64,000 nucleotides of DNA from a virus (taxonomy: Duplodnaviria > Caudoviricetes): the IMG/VR virus record IMGVR_UViG_2816332632_000001, positions 11,200 to 75,199 of that record; one strand, given 5' to 3'. Under the pieces are notes generated by a model that searched no databases, was not told the DNA's origin, and was given only the letters and a program-made list of their open reading frames with translations. The position numbers and the translations under genes were made by a program. Positions 29,346 through 40,200 of the stretch are shown in pieces; the stretch's first letter is position 1; each line of letters begins with the position of its first letter.

Positions 29346-29690
29346 TTAGCTAGCTAATCTTCCAATTTCTTTGTCCGCCATTTGGAGGACACGAAGTTCT
29401 CCCAGGTCAAGCGGGATTTCTTCGAGTATGGGCTTGCCGTCGTCGTAGCCGATCCCGCCCCACACGCCCCAGCCGGGCTTGCTCACCTCTCCGTACTCGC
29501 GGCATAGCTGCCGAATTGGGCATGATGCGCACATCTCCTCAGCCACGGCGGGCTCTGGCGCGACCTCATAGTTCGCGAAGTCCTCTCCCCTCCCGTAGCA
29601 GTTTCTTTTGTGGTCCCAGTCGTTGCGCTTCGCCTCCCGGAGGAGGGCGAAGAACTCGCGACGAACGACGCGCACTCCACGCTTCGGCAC
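29346..29690 (-). CDS. WhiB-family transcription factor
   Basis: C...CASCPIRQLC...GVWGG. Confidence 0.88.
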   Translation of the reverse strand: MPKRGVRVVRREFFALLREAKRNDWDHKRNCYGRGEDFANYEVAPEPAVAEEMCASCPIRQLCREYGEVSKPGWGVWGGIGYDDGKPILEEIPLDLGELRVLQMADKEIGRLAS

Positions 29691-30247
29691 TACCGCGCCT
29701 CCGGCTTCCTGAACACCTTGACGGCGGCCTTGTCGGTAGCGAATGCGAGCAGGAGCGGTGCGCCGCCGGAGATCACGGAGCCGACGATGAGTTGCTGGGG
29801 TGTCGTCGCCGTCGACACGGTCAGGGTGTGCAAGACGTTGGACGCCGCCGAGACGGTCGCGAAGACGGCGATGGCCACCCATGTCCACCTGACGCTCTCG
29901 CCGCGCTCACGCTCGACGAAGAGGGCCACCGTGAAGGCGATGATCGCGACATCGAGCATGACCGGCACGGCGATCTGGAGCCACGGGGACTCCCCCACGG
30001 CCCAGGCCGCCGCCGCGTACAGGCCGGCGAACGACACCGAGAACGATGCGACGGCGAGCAGTGCGACGAGCGACAGCAGGAGTGCGAGGGTGCGTGGCGT
30101 GTCCGCGAAGATCCGCTTGGCGCTGCGAGCAGCCCGCTCCTGCTGGAGTTGAATCTGCTCGCGCTCCGCATTTGACTTGCGGCCCGGCTTCTTCTGCTCC
30201 TTGCGGACGGTCACCGGCTGGTAGACGACCTCCGTAGCGGCGCTCAC
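29690..30247 (-). CDS. Membrane protein (DUF2637-like)
   Basis: SFSVSFAGL, PVMLD, SAASNVLH; four TM segments. Confidence 0.75.
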   Translation of the reverse strand: MSAATEVVYQPVTVRKEQKKPGRKSNAEREQIQLQQERAARSAKRIFADTPRTLALLLSLVALLAVASFSVSFAGLYAAAAWAVGESPWLQIAVPVMLDVAIIAFTVALFVERERGESVRWTWVAIAVFATVSAASNVLHTLTVSTATTPQQLIVGSVISGGAPLLLAFATDKAAVKVFRKPEAR

Positions 30248-30510
30248 TCCTCGACCTCCCTGGCGGTCTCGGTGAGGACGTCGGCGATGCGCTCGATTGC
30301 GTCCGAGTCGGACGTGGTCGCGTCGTCTCCGGCGCAGCGCTCGGTCCAGGCGATGATTGCGCGGAGTCGGGAGACGATCTCCGCGTTCTGCCGATCTTCG
30401 AGGTGTGCCTCGTACGCCTCTACGGACACGTCGATGCCTGCGAGAGTGCGCTCTTCGCGCCACTCCCGGAAGTCGTCGATCGCCTGGAGCTTGTCTGTGA
30501 TGCTGGTCAT
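30244..30510 (-). CDS. Hypothetical protein
   Basis: Coupled overlap. Confidence 0.6.
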   Translation of the reverse strand: MTSITDKLQAIDDFREWREERTLAGIDVSVEAYEAHLEDRQNAEIVSRLRAIIAWTERCAGDDATTSDSDAIERIADVLTETAREVEE

Positions 30511-30716
30511 GCGGCCATCCTTTCTCGATAGCTGGGGATCTCTTTGTCTCGGCGGTGTCGCCACACGGTCTGGTCGGCGATGCCGAGTCTCCTGGCGATC
30601 TCGGCGTCGCTCAGCGGCTCCTTGAGGAGCGTGTCGATGGCGTCGTGAGTCTCCTCACTGAGCCAGGCGTCCATGCGGCCGGATGTGCCGCGTTCGCTCC
30701 TGACGCCTCCGCTCAA
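30507..30716 (-). CDS. Small HTH protein
   Basis: LSDAEIARRLGIADQTVWRHR. Confidence 0.75.
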   Translation of the reverse strand: MSGGVRSERGTSGRMDAWLSEETHDAIDTLLKEPLSDAEIARRLGIADQTVWRHRRDKEIPSYRERMAA

Positions 30717-32200
30717 CGCTGCGCCGCCAGTGTCGAGCGAACGTCTGCGAACGACTGGTACCGGATGAAGGCGCCATCCTCCCAGACCGGCTGTAGCTCC
30801 GAAACGCTCTCCAGTTCCGGGCTCGCCTCCTGGAGGAGCATGAGCTCTCCAGCGTTGCGCACGACCGCGAGGCGGCCAGTGGCGGACTTCTTCATGCCAG
30901 AGTCAGTGACCGGGTTCTTCTGGATGTTGCGGCCTTCGCCGTCGATCTCCACCCAGGTCGCCTTGATGGCGCTCATGAACGTGTCGCGGGTCTGGTACTG
31001 GTAGGTGTAGGAGCCGACGCCGAAGACGATGTTGGTTGACGCGAATCCCTTCGCCTCCAGCCTCTTGACGATGTCAGCCGCTCGCTCGCGAGTGATGCTG
31101 TCACCGTAGATCGCGCCGACGTGCGGGTCGAGGGTGCGGAACCACTGGCCAGCGCCCGATCGCTCGCCCTTGACGCGCTCGCCAGGATATCGGTCGTAGA
31201 GGAGCTCGATCAGCCCCTTCTCCGCGGCCGTGCGTCCGGCTCCAAAGTTCCGTTCCGTGCCGCAGATGATGTCGGCAGGGTCGCCGGAGTCGGGGCGGAT
31301 GACGAGCTTGCCGTCACGCTCCATGATCTCGGAGTAGAGCTTCGGCAGGATGCGAGTGACCACGTTCCACAGATCCCAGGTGTCGGACACGATGGACACG
31401 ATTCCCGTCGGGTAAAGCGAGAGGAGGCGGCGATACGTTTCGAGCTCGTCGTCCTGCCCGCCGGCGCACATGACGGAGTGCTCGGTGGCCGGGACCGAGG
31501 CGAGCACGAGGCCGTTGTCGCCCCTGTAGTACCGCTCGATCCACTCCAGCGATGCGAGCGAGTCGGAGCCGGTGAAGGAGAGGAGGTGGCCTGCGCCGGA
31601 TGCGGCAGCCGACTCCGTGCCCGACATGCCCCTGTAGGAGAAGTCGTGGAGCTGGAAGTCGACGCCGTCGGTAGATCCGGTGGTGGTCAGCGCGGCGTCG
31701 TCGAGAAGCTTGCGGTACTCGTGAGCGAGGGTGGCGCTCGTCGACGGCCCCCACACGGATGCCGAGAGCACAGTCTCGATGTAGTTGGTCAGCCAGAAGA
31801 ACTCCGGGAGCGTGTTCTCCACCGTGAACGACGGCACGCGCAGCGGCACGAGTGTTCCCTCGGGGACCGCGCAGAAGCGCAGCGGGAGGTAGCCGAGGCG
31901 ATGCAGTGCCCGGATGTGGTCGGTGCCGACGGCGTTGGGGCCGAGGATCGAGTTGACGCGCGCCTCGTACTCGGCCACCACGGCATCCTCGTCGGCGGCG
32001 AAGAACGACTCGAATGCGTCCGTGCAGTACCGCTGGAGGAACGCCTGGAGCCCGAAGTGCACGACGTGGTCGACGCCGTCGATGCGGGAGCCGCGGTTGG
32101 TGAAGTTGGAGTAGACGCGGGTTGTGCCCTCGGGGTACTGGCGGCGGTGGTCGAGCTTGTAGGCGTCGGTCTCGAAGAGTGCTGCGGTTGCGGTGGTCAT
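30713..32200 (-). CDS. Nicotinamide phosphoribosyltransferase-family protein (Namat/NadV-like)
   Basis: TDAYKLDH..QYP, LHDFSYRG, PATEHSVM, IRPDSGDP, IYGDSIT. Confidence 0.93.
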   Translation of the reverse strand: MTTATAALFETDAYKLDHRRQYPEGTTRVYSNFTNRGSRIDGVDHVVHFGLQAFLQRYCTDAFESFFAADEDAVVAEYEARVNSILGPNAVGTDHIRALHRLGYLPLRFCAVPEGTLVPLRVPSFTVENTLPEFFWLTNYIETVLSASVWGPSTSATLAHEYRKLLDDAALTTTGSTDGVDFQLHDFSYRGMSGTESAAASGAGHLLSFTGSDSLASLEWIERYYRGDNGLVLASVPATEHSVMCAGGQDDELETYRRLLSLYPTGIVSIVSDTWDLWNVVTRILPKLYSEIMERDGKLVIRPDSGDPADIICGTERNFGAGRTAAEKGLIELLYDRYPGERVKGERSGAGQWFRTLDPHVGAIYGDSITRERAADIVKRLEAKGFASTNIVFGVGSYTYQYQTRDTFMSAIKATWVEIDGEGRNIQKNPVTDSGMKKSATGRLAVVRNAGELMLLQEASPELESVSELQPVWEDGAFIRYQSFADVRSTLAAQR

Positions 32201-33072
32201 CGGGTGGCTCCGTTCAGGTAGGGGGCGAGTGGGATGGTGGTGAGGTAGCCGCGGCTGGCCATGTACTCGGCCGCCTCCGACTCGGGGAACGAGTCCGTCG
32301 TCCAGATGTGGTCGAAGTGGTTGACGAGCTCGTGGGCACCACCCGAGAACACGCCATGCGTGACGAACAGGCCGAGCCGGTCGAGGTCCAGGCCGGTCGC
32401 TTCGGCGAGCCCGATGAACGTGCCGCCTCCGTCGCAGATGTCGTCGACGACGAGCAGCTTCCCCTCGTCCGGCAGGGGCTCGCAGGAGAAGCCGGACAGC
32501 TTCCCGGTGTCCGAGTCGCGGTGCTTCTCCGCCTGGTACAGCGGGAGTCCGCAGATGTCGGCCACATACTTCGCTCGCTCACGCGCACCCTTGTCCGGGG
32601 CGATGATGCCCGCGAACCGCTGCGCCTTCACGTCGGAGTCCGGTCTGCCAACCACGTGGCGGCGAATGATGGGGGCCGCGTCGGTGACGGTGAGCCGCTC
32701 GACCAGGTGCTCCATGACGGGCGAGTGGACGTCGACGGCCTGGATGCGGTCGATGGCGAGGTTGTTCAGGAACCGTGCGTACACGGCTGCCCCGAACGGT
32801 AGGCCACGGTCCTGGCGTGCGCCGGGGAGGTACGGGATCTGGGCGATGGTGACCGCGCCGCGCTGGTGTGCGGCGTCGGCCCACATGGCGAGGGTGAAGA
32901 GGTCGTCGGCGTCAGAGCCGTGGATGCGCGCGATCTCGGTGAGCTTGCCGTAGCCGGTGTTCTCGTTGGCGACCTTGACATGCGACTCCCCGGCGGGGAA
33001 CCGCATCGCCTCGAAGGTCGGCTCGGGTGCGATGAAGCCGGGGCCGATGCGGGTCTCGAACGTGATGGTCAT
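32197..33072 (-). CDS. Ribose-phosphate pyrophosphokinase-family protein (Adps/Prs-like)
   Basis: FPAGE, PYLPGARQDR, DVHS, APDKGA, VVDDICDGGGTF, VTHGVFS. Confidence 0.93.
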   Translation of the reverse strand: MTITFETRIGPGFIAPEPTFEAMRFPAGESHVKVANENTGYGKLTEIARIHGSDADDLFTLAMWADAAHQRGAVTIAQIPYLPGARQDRGLPFGAAVYARFLNNLAIDRIQAVDVHSPVMEHLVERLTVTDAAPIIRRHVVGRPDSDVKAQRFAGIIAPDKGARERAKYVADICGLPLYQAEKHRDSDTGKLSGFSCEPLPDEGKLLVVDDICDGGGTFIGLAEATGLDLDRLGLFVTHGVFSGGAHELVNHFDHIWTTDSFPESEAAEYMASRGYLTTIPLAPYLNGATR

Positions 33073-33278
33073 GCGGTACCCCCAGACCAAATCCAGCAAA
33101 CCAGCAGGATTATCCCTAGGGACAGTCCCATCACCAGCGCGGAAATCAGGAACGCCAAGAGGGATGCCGCGAGAGTTTCGATCGCATCCTCGCCCTCCTG
33201 CCAGGTTCGCTTTGCGATGAACCCCGTGATGGCGAGCACGAGGATGAGCGCAAGCAGGATCAGAGCGCCCTCGATCAT
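33069..33278 (-). CDS. Small two-TM membrane protein
   Basis: Two hydrophobic helices; ATGA overlaps. Confidence 0.65.
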   Translation of the reverse strand: MIEGALILLALILVLAITGFIAKRTWQEGEDAIETLAASLLAFLISALVMGLSLGIILLVCWIWSGGTA

Positions 33279-34579
33279 GCGGCCACCAGGCTTCCCTCGG
33301 CCTCGAGGTCGACGGCGTCCTGGTCGAGCATCTTGGTTTCGTGCTGGAGGAAGATCGGCGACTTGGCCTTGAGCAGGAACGGTGCCCACCCATCGGCGCG
33401 AACGACCACGCCCTCGTCGACAAACCGCTTGGGCAGCGGGACGACGTCGAGGATTGGGTACTTCGCCTCGCCGAGAGTCTGGCCGTTGATGCTGAGGTTC
33501 TTGTCGATCCAGTAGTCCACATCGAACTCAGCGTGCCGCCCACTCCACAACTCGGGCACGTACTTGAGCCCGCGCTCCGTGGCGAACGCCTTCACCTGCG
33601 GCCACGAGAGGTCGACGAGCATCCCGCCGTTGGTGACCACGGCGACGCGGTAGATGTAGAGCTCTGCCGCGCCCTGCGGCAGGTCGTATGTGTAGTCCTT
33701 TTGGATGGGCGCGCCATCCGGGGTCCAGCCGATGAGTTCGCCGTAGACGACGAAATTCTCCGGGATCATGTCGTCGAGGGTGCGGCCGAAGTCGGTCCAG
33801 ATGTCGGAGCCGTAGAAGTGGTTCTGGTTCGGGTTGTTCGGGTCTTTGATGACCTTGCGCGAGCCGTACACGTGGTCGTACTCGGTCTCGCGGACGGTCA
33901 CGCCGAGCTTCTTGGCCAGGCGCTCCAGGAAGGAGAGCTTGCGCTTCACGAGCGTATTGGCGATGCGGATGCTGGTGCCGTGGAGCTTCTGCGTGACGAC
34001 GATCTGCTCGTCCGGCGCGATCTTGAACTCGTTGCGCCAGTAGTTCTCGGTGTCGTAGTGCTCCGGCAGGAACTTCTCGTCGACGCGCTTGAAGACCTTC
34101 TCGTGCTTGGCGGTGCGCTCGCGCGGCTCGGCCGGCTGCTTCACGAGGTACTTGCGGCAGATCTCGTGGTCGCCGATCTTGTCGAACGTGTCGCCGACCT
34201 CGAAGTCGCGAAGATCCTCCGGGTGGTTGAGCAGGTAGTCGAGCGAGGTGAGCGGCATGAAGAGCGCGTCGGAGCGGTGGCCGCGGAACTTCATCGCCTT
34301 CACTCGGCGGTTGTCCTCCAGGTAGCCCTTCACGCGGTCGTCGACGTTCTTCTCGGCGTGGCGGTACAGCCCATTGAATGCGGCGTACTCGTCGGAGAGT
34401 TGCGTCTCGGCCGGGAAGAACAGGCCGATGTCGCCGACCTTGACATCCTTCGACACGATGGCCTGGAGTCCGAACAGCGGGACGCCGACCACGTTGTCGC
34501 AGTTAGCTAGCTGATTGATGGCGTTCACCCTCACGACGACGGCCGCGTAGTTCGGGTTGACGGGTGCTTCGAGTTTCAA
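33275..34579 (-). CDS. RNA ligase (DRB0094/Rnl5-like, N-terminal OB fold)
   Basis: TQKLHGTS motif I, VYGE, EGVVVR, LKAKS. Confidence 0.88.
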   Translation of the reverse strand: MKLEAPVNPNYAAVVVRVNAINQLANCDNVVGVPLFGLQAIVSKDVKVGDIGLFFPAETQLSDEYAAFNGLYRHAEKNVDDRVKGYLEDNRRVKAMKFRGHRSDALFMPLTSLDYLLNHPEDLRDFEVGDTFDKIGDHEICRKYLVKQPAEPRERTAKHEKVFKRVDEKFLPEHYDTENYWRNEFKIAPDEQIVVTQKLHGTSIRIANTLVKRKLSFLERLAKKLGVTVRETEYDHVYGSRKVIKDPNNPNQNHFYGSDIWTDFGRTLDDMIPENFVVYGELIGWTPDGAPIQKDYTYDLPQGAAELYIYRVAVVTNGGMLVDLSWPQVKAFATERGLKYVPELWSGRHAEFDVDYWIDKNLSINGQTLGEAKYPILDVVPLPKRFVDEGVVVRADGWAPFLLKAKSPIFLQHETKMLDQDAVDLEAEGSLVAA

Positions 34580-34589
34580 AGAGTCCTCC

Positions 34590-34688
34590 TCAGTTGGTTG
34601 TCCCGCAGCGGGCGCAGCGGAGTTTGCTTGCGGACGAGCGCCAGGCGTGGCCAACCTTCTCGCACCAAAATGCAGTCGCGGTCTTCAT
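34590..34688 (-). CDS. 32-aa zinc-finger-like peptide
   Basis: C...GH.W...CARCG. Confidence 0.5.
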   Translation of the reverse strand: MKTATAFWCEKVGHAWRSSASKLRCARCGTTN

Positions 34689-34690
34689 GC

Positions 34691-35623
34691 CTAGAAGTCG
34701 CCGTCGGCAACCTGATAGCACTTGAGGCCGATGGCGCGCCACATGGCGACGACACGGTTGCGGTCGTCGAACACGCCGAGCACGTTGTAGCGGCGGCGGA
34801 TGTGCTCGTCGAAGAGCTCGTACTTGACGATGTCGTCGTTGCGCTCGTCGCCGGCCTTCCGCATGAACAGGTGATCGAACGGAACGCCGTTGTCGTGAAG
34901 CCACTGCTCGGTCTCGTCTCGGCAGTCGTCACGACGGCCGGAGACGAGAATGATGGTCGCGTGGTCCCACGCGTAGTGCACCATGCGAAGCACGTTGAGG
35001 TCGATGATGTCCTCGCCGACGCGGCCGTAGTCGTGCCACTCTCGCGGGTTCTCCGGGTCGAGGTGGGCGAGCGTGCCGTCGATGTCGAAGATGTACGCAC
35101 GACGGGCGAAGGTGTCAGGCACGTACCGCTCGAACACGGGGCGGTCGCGCTCAGGGAGGCGCTCGGGCGGGGCGGGCAGCACGCCGCCCGTGCCGCGCAC
35201 GTAGCGGTTGTAGAAGTCGCGGATGACCTTCTCGCCGACCGGGTGCTCGCGCTTGCTGTCGCGCTTGATCGCTTCGTCGACCGCGATGGGGAAGTCGCGG
35301 AACTCGATGGGGCCGACCTCGAGCCACTTGCGCACGTGGCGCGCTCGGAGGTTGGTGTCGTCCACGACGACGTCCTTGCCAGCCTTGAGCGCGCGGCGCG
35401 CGGTGGCGTGCTGGATGGCGGTGATGGCGCCTTCGTTGTCGAAGTCGAAGCGGTAGGGGCCGCCGCCGGTGAACATGCGGCGCAGGTCGTCGCGGTTCAG
35501 GCGGATGCGATTCTCGGGGTCTTCGGCAACCCACTCCTTCGCCCACGTGGACTTGCCGGATGCGGGGATGCCGCGGGTCAGGATAATGCGGCCCTGTCTG
35601 GTGGGCGCGATGGTGTCTGTCAA
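34691..35623 (-). CDS. Polynucleotide kinase/phosphatase (T4 PseT-like)
   Basis: GIPASGKST, RDDLR, DIDGTLA, SGR, FDDR. Confidence 0.93.
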   Translation of the reverse strand: MTDTIAPTRQGRIILTRGIPASGKSTWAKEWVAEDPENRIRLNRDDLRRMFTGGGPYRFDFDNEGAITAIQHATARRALKAGKDVVVDDTNLRARHVRKWLEVGPIEFRDFPIAVDEAIKRDSKREHPVGEKVIRDFYNRYVRGTGGVLPAPPERLPERDRPVFERYVPDTFARRAYIFDIDGTLAHLDPENPREWHDYGRVGEDIIDLNVLRMVHYAWDHATIILVSGRRDDCRDETEQWLHDNGVPFDHLFMRKAGDERNDDIVKYELFDEHIRRRYNVLGVFDDRNRVVAMWRAIGLKCYQVADGDF

Positions 35624-35666
35624 ATCTGAATCCTCCAATTCGTGATTAGCTAGCTAAACCCTAGCA

Positions 35667-37262
35667 TTAAGCAGCTAATCGTAGGGTGTTTTTGTTGGAA
35701 AATGCCCGAAGTTTGTTCGAGCGGTACACGCCCACGTCCTTCGTTTCGCGGGCTTGGATCTTCACCTGCTGGAATCCGCCGTTGGCTTCGGTGCGTCCGG
35801 GGCGGAACAGACGGCGGACGAACTGCTCGTTGACCGCCTCGTCCCCGTCCATTTCGTTCAGCCAGGCGAGCTTGTTGCAGACCTTCTGGAAGCCGTCGAG
35901 ACCAGTGCTCATGGATGGAATGGTTGTGACGATGTACTGGAGCTCCCCGGCCAGGAAGCGCGCCTTGATCTGATCTCGCTGCTTTGAAGAGATGTCGCCC
36001 GTCCACTCCGCCACCGATTCGCCGGCCCTGGTCATGCGCTCGACGACCACCTTGGCGAACCTCTTCGAGTCCATGCCGATGATGGCGGGCTGGTCGCCCC
36101 AGAAGCGGAGGATGCCCTGGAGGGCGCGCAGTTTTGTGCTGACGCACTCCGTGTCGAAGTAGACCTCCCCCTCGTCGGTGACGGAGAGTTCGCCGAGCGC
36201 CGCCGTGCGGAGCCGCTGGCGCAAATTTGCTGGGATCTCGACCGCGAGTGGATTGTCCTCGATCCAGACGATGAGGTCGCGCTCCAGCGACTCGTACTGG
36301 TGGCGCTGCTCCGGCGACAGGTCGACGTACACGGGCAGCGCATCCGGGATCGGCTCGGCCTCGGCGCGGAAGTAGAGCGGGAGGGTCTTCACGAACTCGC
36401 CGGGGTACTTCTCCCCCACCACGCGCTGCACAGGGTTGTCGAAGTGATCGAGGAGCGGCTGACCGTCCTTGTAGACCGTCTCCGTGGTGCACCAGTCGTC
36501 CTGCCATCGCACGTAGTTCGGGTCGATGAGGTCCGGCCAGAGCCAACGGGTGACAGCCCAGATGCCGGGGAACTTGTTGCCCTGCGGGGTGCCGGACATG
36601 CCGAGCTTGTACTCGGAAGCGATGGTCTGGATGGTCTTGAAGCCGGCCGACTTGCGGTTCTGGATGAGGTGGACCTCGTCGAAGATGAGGAGGTCCACCG
36701 GTGGCATTTTGGCGTACGTCTTGAGTTGGACGGAGCGGCGCTCACGGATCGGCACGAGAGCCGGGCCGATGACGGTAGCACCGTTGCCGGGCACGCGCTT
36801 CGCCGGATGCTCCTCCTTCCACAGCGCGCGCTCACTCTCGTTCATCGGCACGAGCACGAGCTCGTCAGAGCCGGTGACGGTCTTGAACTTGGGGCGCCTA
36901 GTCCGGCTCTCGAACGCGAGCTTGCTAACCCAGTCCTGCTTGACGAGGTACTGAGCGCCGACGAAGAAGTGCCCCGGCGCCCCGGCGAGGAGGTCTTGCA
37001 TCGCCTTCTTGCCAGGGGCGCTGGAGTCGATGCGGCGGAGCACGACCGCACCGTCTGTCTGCGCGAGCATGAGGTCCGCGAACTGCCCGTACGTGTCCTT
37101 GATGCCGACGGTCAGGGTGCGCTCGAACTGCACGGCCGACTCGACGGCGACCAGGGTTTTGCCATAGCCAGGCTCGTCGGCCACGAGCGCCGCCTTGGTC
37201 GGCTCGGCGCGCAGGCTCTTGATCCTGAGCGCCTGCGCTTCGCGGGGCGTCTGCTTCTGCAC
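35667..37262 (-). CDS. SF2 (SNF2-like) helicase
   Basis: ADEPGYGKT, DEVH, MSGTP, GLDG.Q, Q..RR..RPG. Confidence 0.9.
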   Translation of the reverse strand: MQKQTPREAQALRIKSLRAEPTKAALVADEPGYGKTLVAVESAVQFERTLTVGIKDTYGQFADLMLAQTDGAVVLRRIDSSAPGKKAMQDLLAGAPGHFFVGAQYLVKQDWVSKLAFESRTRRPKFKTVTGSDELVLVPMNESERALWKEEHPAKRVPGNGATVIGPALVPIRERRSVQLKTYAKMPPVDLLIFDEVHLIQNRKSAGFKTIQTIASEYKLGMSGTPQGNKFPGIWAVTRWLWPDLIDPNYVRWQDDWCTTETVYKDGQPLLDHFDNPVQRVVGEKYPGEFVKTLPLYFRAEAEPIPDALPVYVDLSPEQRHQYESLERDLIVWIEDNPLAVEIPANLRQRLRTAALGELSVTDEGEVYFDTECVSTKLRALQGILRFWGDQPAIIGMDSKRFAKVVVERMTRAGESVAEWTGDISSKQRDQIKARFLAGELQYIVTTIPSMSTGLDGFQKVCNKLAWLNEMDGDEAVNEQFVRRLFRPGRTEANGGFQQVKIQARETKDVGVYRSNKLRAFSNKNTLRLAA

Positions 37263-37287
37263 GGGGACTCCTTCGGGTGGTGGTGGG

Positions 37288-40200
37288 TTAGTTCATTCCG
37301 GGGCACCCGCAGTGCGGGCAGGTCTGACACTGGAAGTCGCCGGTGCCCGAGAAAGCGTCCTCCCAGATCTGTGCCCACTCCTCCTCGGTGAGGTGGTCGG
37401 GCTTGTCGGCGCTCACTCGCTCTCCGCTTCGAGTTCGGCTAGGGCCGCACGGCCCTTCTCTGTCAGGCCGCCTGTGTAGAGCTTGATGAGTCCGTGATCG
37501 TGCCTCTCGAACCAGACCAGTCCGCGACGGGCGAATGCAGCGAGCGTGCGCCCGTCGACGCCGTTGAACTCGTTCTGGCCACTGTCATCGAACACTTGCA
37601 GTGCGATGCGATTCGCTCGGGTGTACGCGTCGACGAGCTTGCTCATGCCGCGTTCATCTCCTCGATTGGGTCCGGGAAGAAGTTGAACGAGCGGTAGAGG
37701 TAGCCCGCACCCTCCTGGAGCTTGTTCAGGTGCACAGCCAGCTTGCTCATCGAGCCGTAGCTCCCCACCTTCCCCTCGATGGCGTTCGACAGCGAGTCGG
37801 GAAGGTCCGCCATCTCCGGGTCCGGGTCCACGTTCACGAACTGGATGCCCCCTTCGTCGTCCGCGAGGAGCACGTCGCCGCCGATGGTGGTGGTGCGCGC
37901 GCTCTGGTTCTGAGTCCAGGCGAGGCGGTAGAGCTTGTCATCCGGCTTCGCGTCGGCTGGCCACTGAGTTAGGTCGACGACAGGGGTGCCCGGTTCGATG
38001 CCGAGTTCTCTCAGCGTGCGGGTGTCCTTGTCGAACTCGTTGTATCTGATCTTGGTGTCGCTCATGCTTGCTCGACTCCTTCCTGCCGCAGCGCGGCGAT
38101 TGCTTCGGTGATGAGGGTGAGTACGTCGTCGTCGTACTTGTGCTCGAAGTCCGCCTTGCCGCGTTCCCAGCGGCGCGGGTCCATGTGTTTAGGGGCGACC
38201 CCATAGAGCACCACCTGATACGTGTGCGGGTCGCCTGGATGGTCACCGCCTGCGGAGCGAGAGATCTTGAGGTGGCGGCGGGCCATCCCCTGGCCGATGT
38301 CGATGGCTACCTGGACGCTCACGCATTCACCGCCTTGAGCTCAGCGCGAGCGTGGCTCGTCGCATCCTGGGTGCGGTTTGAGTAGGTGCGGAAGGCGTCG
38401 AGGAACCCCGGCGTGCCTTCCCAGAACTCCTCGATAGGCTTGGCCTGGTCGGTGAAGACCTCGATGACCTGTTCGCCCCACGCGCCGGTGCGCACGGTGG
38501 CGTCATAGCCGAGGGCGCTCATGGCGTCGTTGAAGTTGTCGAGCTCCGCGTCGATCTGCTCGATGCTCGGGCCGGCGAGGGTGTCGGTGATGGTGATGCT
38601 CATGCTGTCCTTCTTTCGATTTAGGTAGTTACTTGCGCCGGAAGATTTGGTTGCGGTGACGGCGGAACCGGGCGCCCTTCGCGGTGACAACGATGAACCA
38701 GTCGCGCTCGTCCGTGTCGAACACCAGGGCGTCTTTCGCCTGTCCGGGGATGTGCGCTTTGCCGACGCACGCGCCGAGTGTGGCGGTGCTCACGTGTCGC
38801 ACTCGCACGGATGCACAATGAAGCAGCCCTGGCAGACCGTCTCGGCGGCGCTGCGGCGTTCGACTCGCGCGACGCATCCGGCGTGCGCCCACCGCGCCTC
38901 GTCGTCCTGAAGGAGGCTCTGGCCTCGCTCGATGGGGTACGGGCAGAGCGGGCACGCACTGTCGAATTGCGCGAGCATCAGAGCAGCGCCGCCATGCGCT
39001 CGCGGGCGGTGCCGACGCTGTCGAAGACGCTCGGCACAATGGTGGCCCCAGTGAAGTTCAGGTGGTCGAAGGAGTTGCGGGACGGCAGGTGCGCCTCGCC
39101 GGGCTCCCACAGCACGACGGGGCCGGCGGGGTGCATAACCACGCGCCTTACCACGCGCATGTGCCCGTCGACGAGAACGGTGACGCCGGGTGTGAGGTCG
39201 AGAATGTCCATGATGCCTAGTCCTCCGAGTCGTATCGTTCGGTGAGCGCGTCCGCAATCGCGGCGGAAGAGAAGTCTTCGAGCTCCGGGTTTTGGTTGGC
39301 GTATCTGGCCAATGTGTTCTCCTTAGTGCGAAATGGTCGAGATTGTGATTCCAATAGCGAGGAATCCGATGATCCAGCCAGCGGTTGCGGCGTGGACGAG
39401 TCCTTTTGGCGGGGAATGCTTCGCGCTCAGGTCAGGGCCGCCAGCTTGGTCAGGACGCGACGGGCGTGGTCACGCTCGGCAATGGTGAACTCCGAGCCGA
39501 TCAGACGCACATCGTTGAGCATGTAGCGCAGGATTTCCGTGTGGGTCCCGCAGTTGGGGTCACCCCACAGCGCCCGTAGCCACACCAGGATCGGGTTGTG
39601 GTTGTCGAACTCGGGGCGGGGTGCGTAGTCAGCCAGGCCGAACCGACCCACCTCCGGAAACATGAGGGCAACCGTTTCGCTGAATCGAGCCCCTGTGGAC
39701 AGGAGCCACGGCTCCGGGTCGTGCGTCGTCTTGCCGCTCGTGAAGCCGCTGGTGCTCATGACCAGTTCTCCGTCCAGCCTTCGGGCAGGCGCACGGGCTT
39801 GTCGCATCGGTCGTGCGTGAAGTACTTCGTCTCGAAGTCGCCGCGGTCGTCGTTCGAGAGGTCGATCTGTTCGAGCGAGTAGTCCGTGGACTCGCGCACG
39901 TAGCTCCACCGCTCCGCGTGCTCCACCGCGTGCAGCCCTCCGCCCGGCATGAGCGCAACGCCGCACCACGGGCAGAGCAGCCCGTCGATTGGGGCGCCAT
40001 CCTCGTCCCTGTCGACGATTGTGACGGTGAGTGCCGGCCAGGCGTAGGCGTCGTACTGCGCCTTCACCGCGGCGAGCCGTTCGATGATGGCGTCTGCCGC
40101 CTCTCGTTCTTGGGTGTTCATGCCGTCTTCTCCTTCTCTGCCCGTCGGGCTGCCTGCCATGCTTCGTTTCGCTCCTGCTCCGCCTTGCACTCGGCGTACG

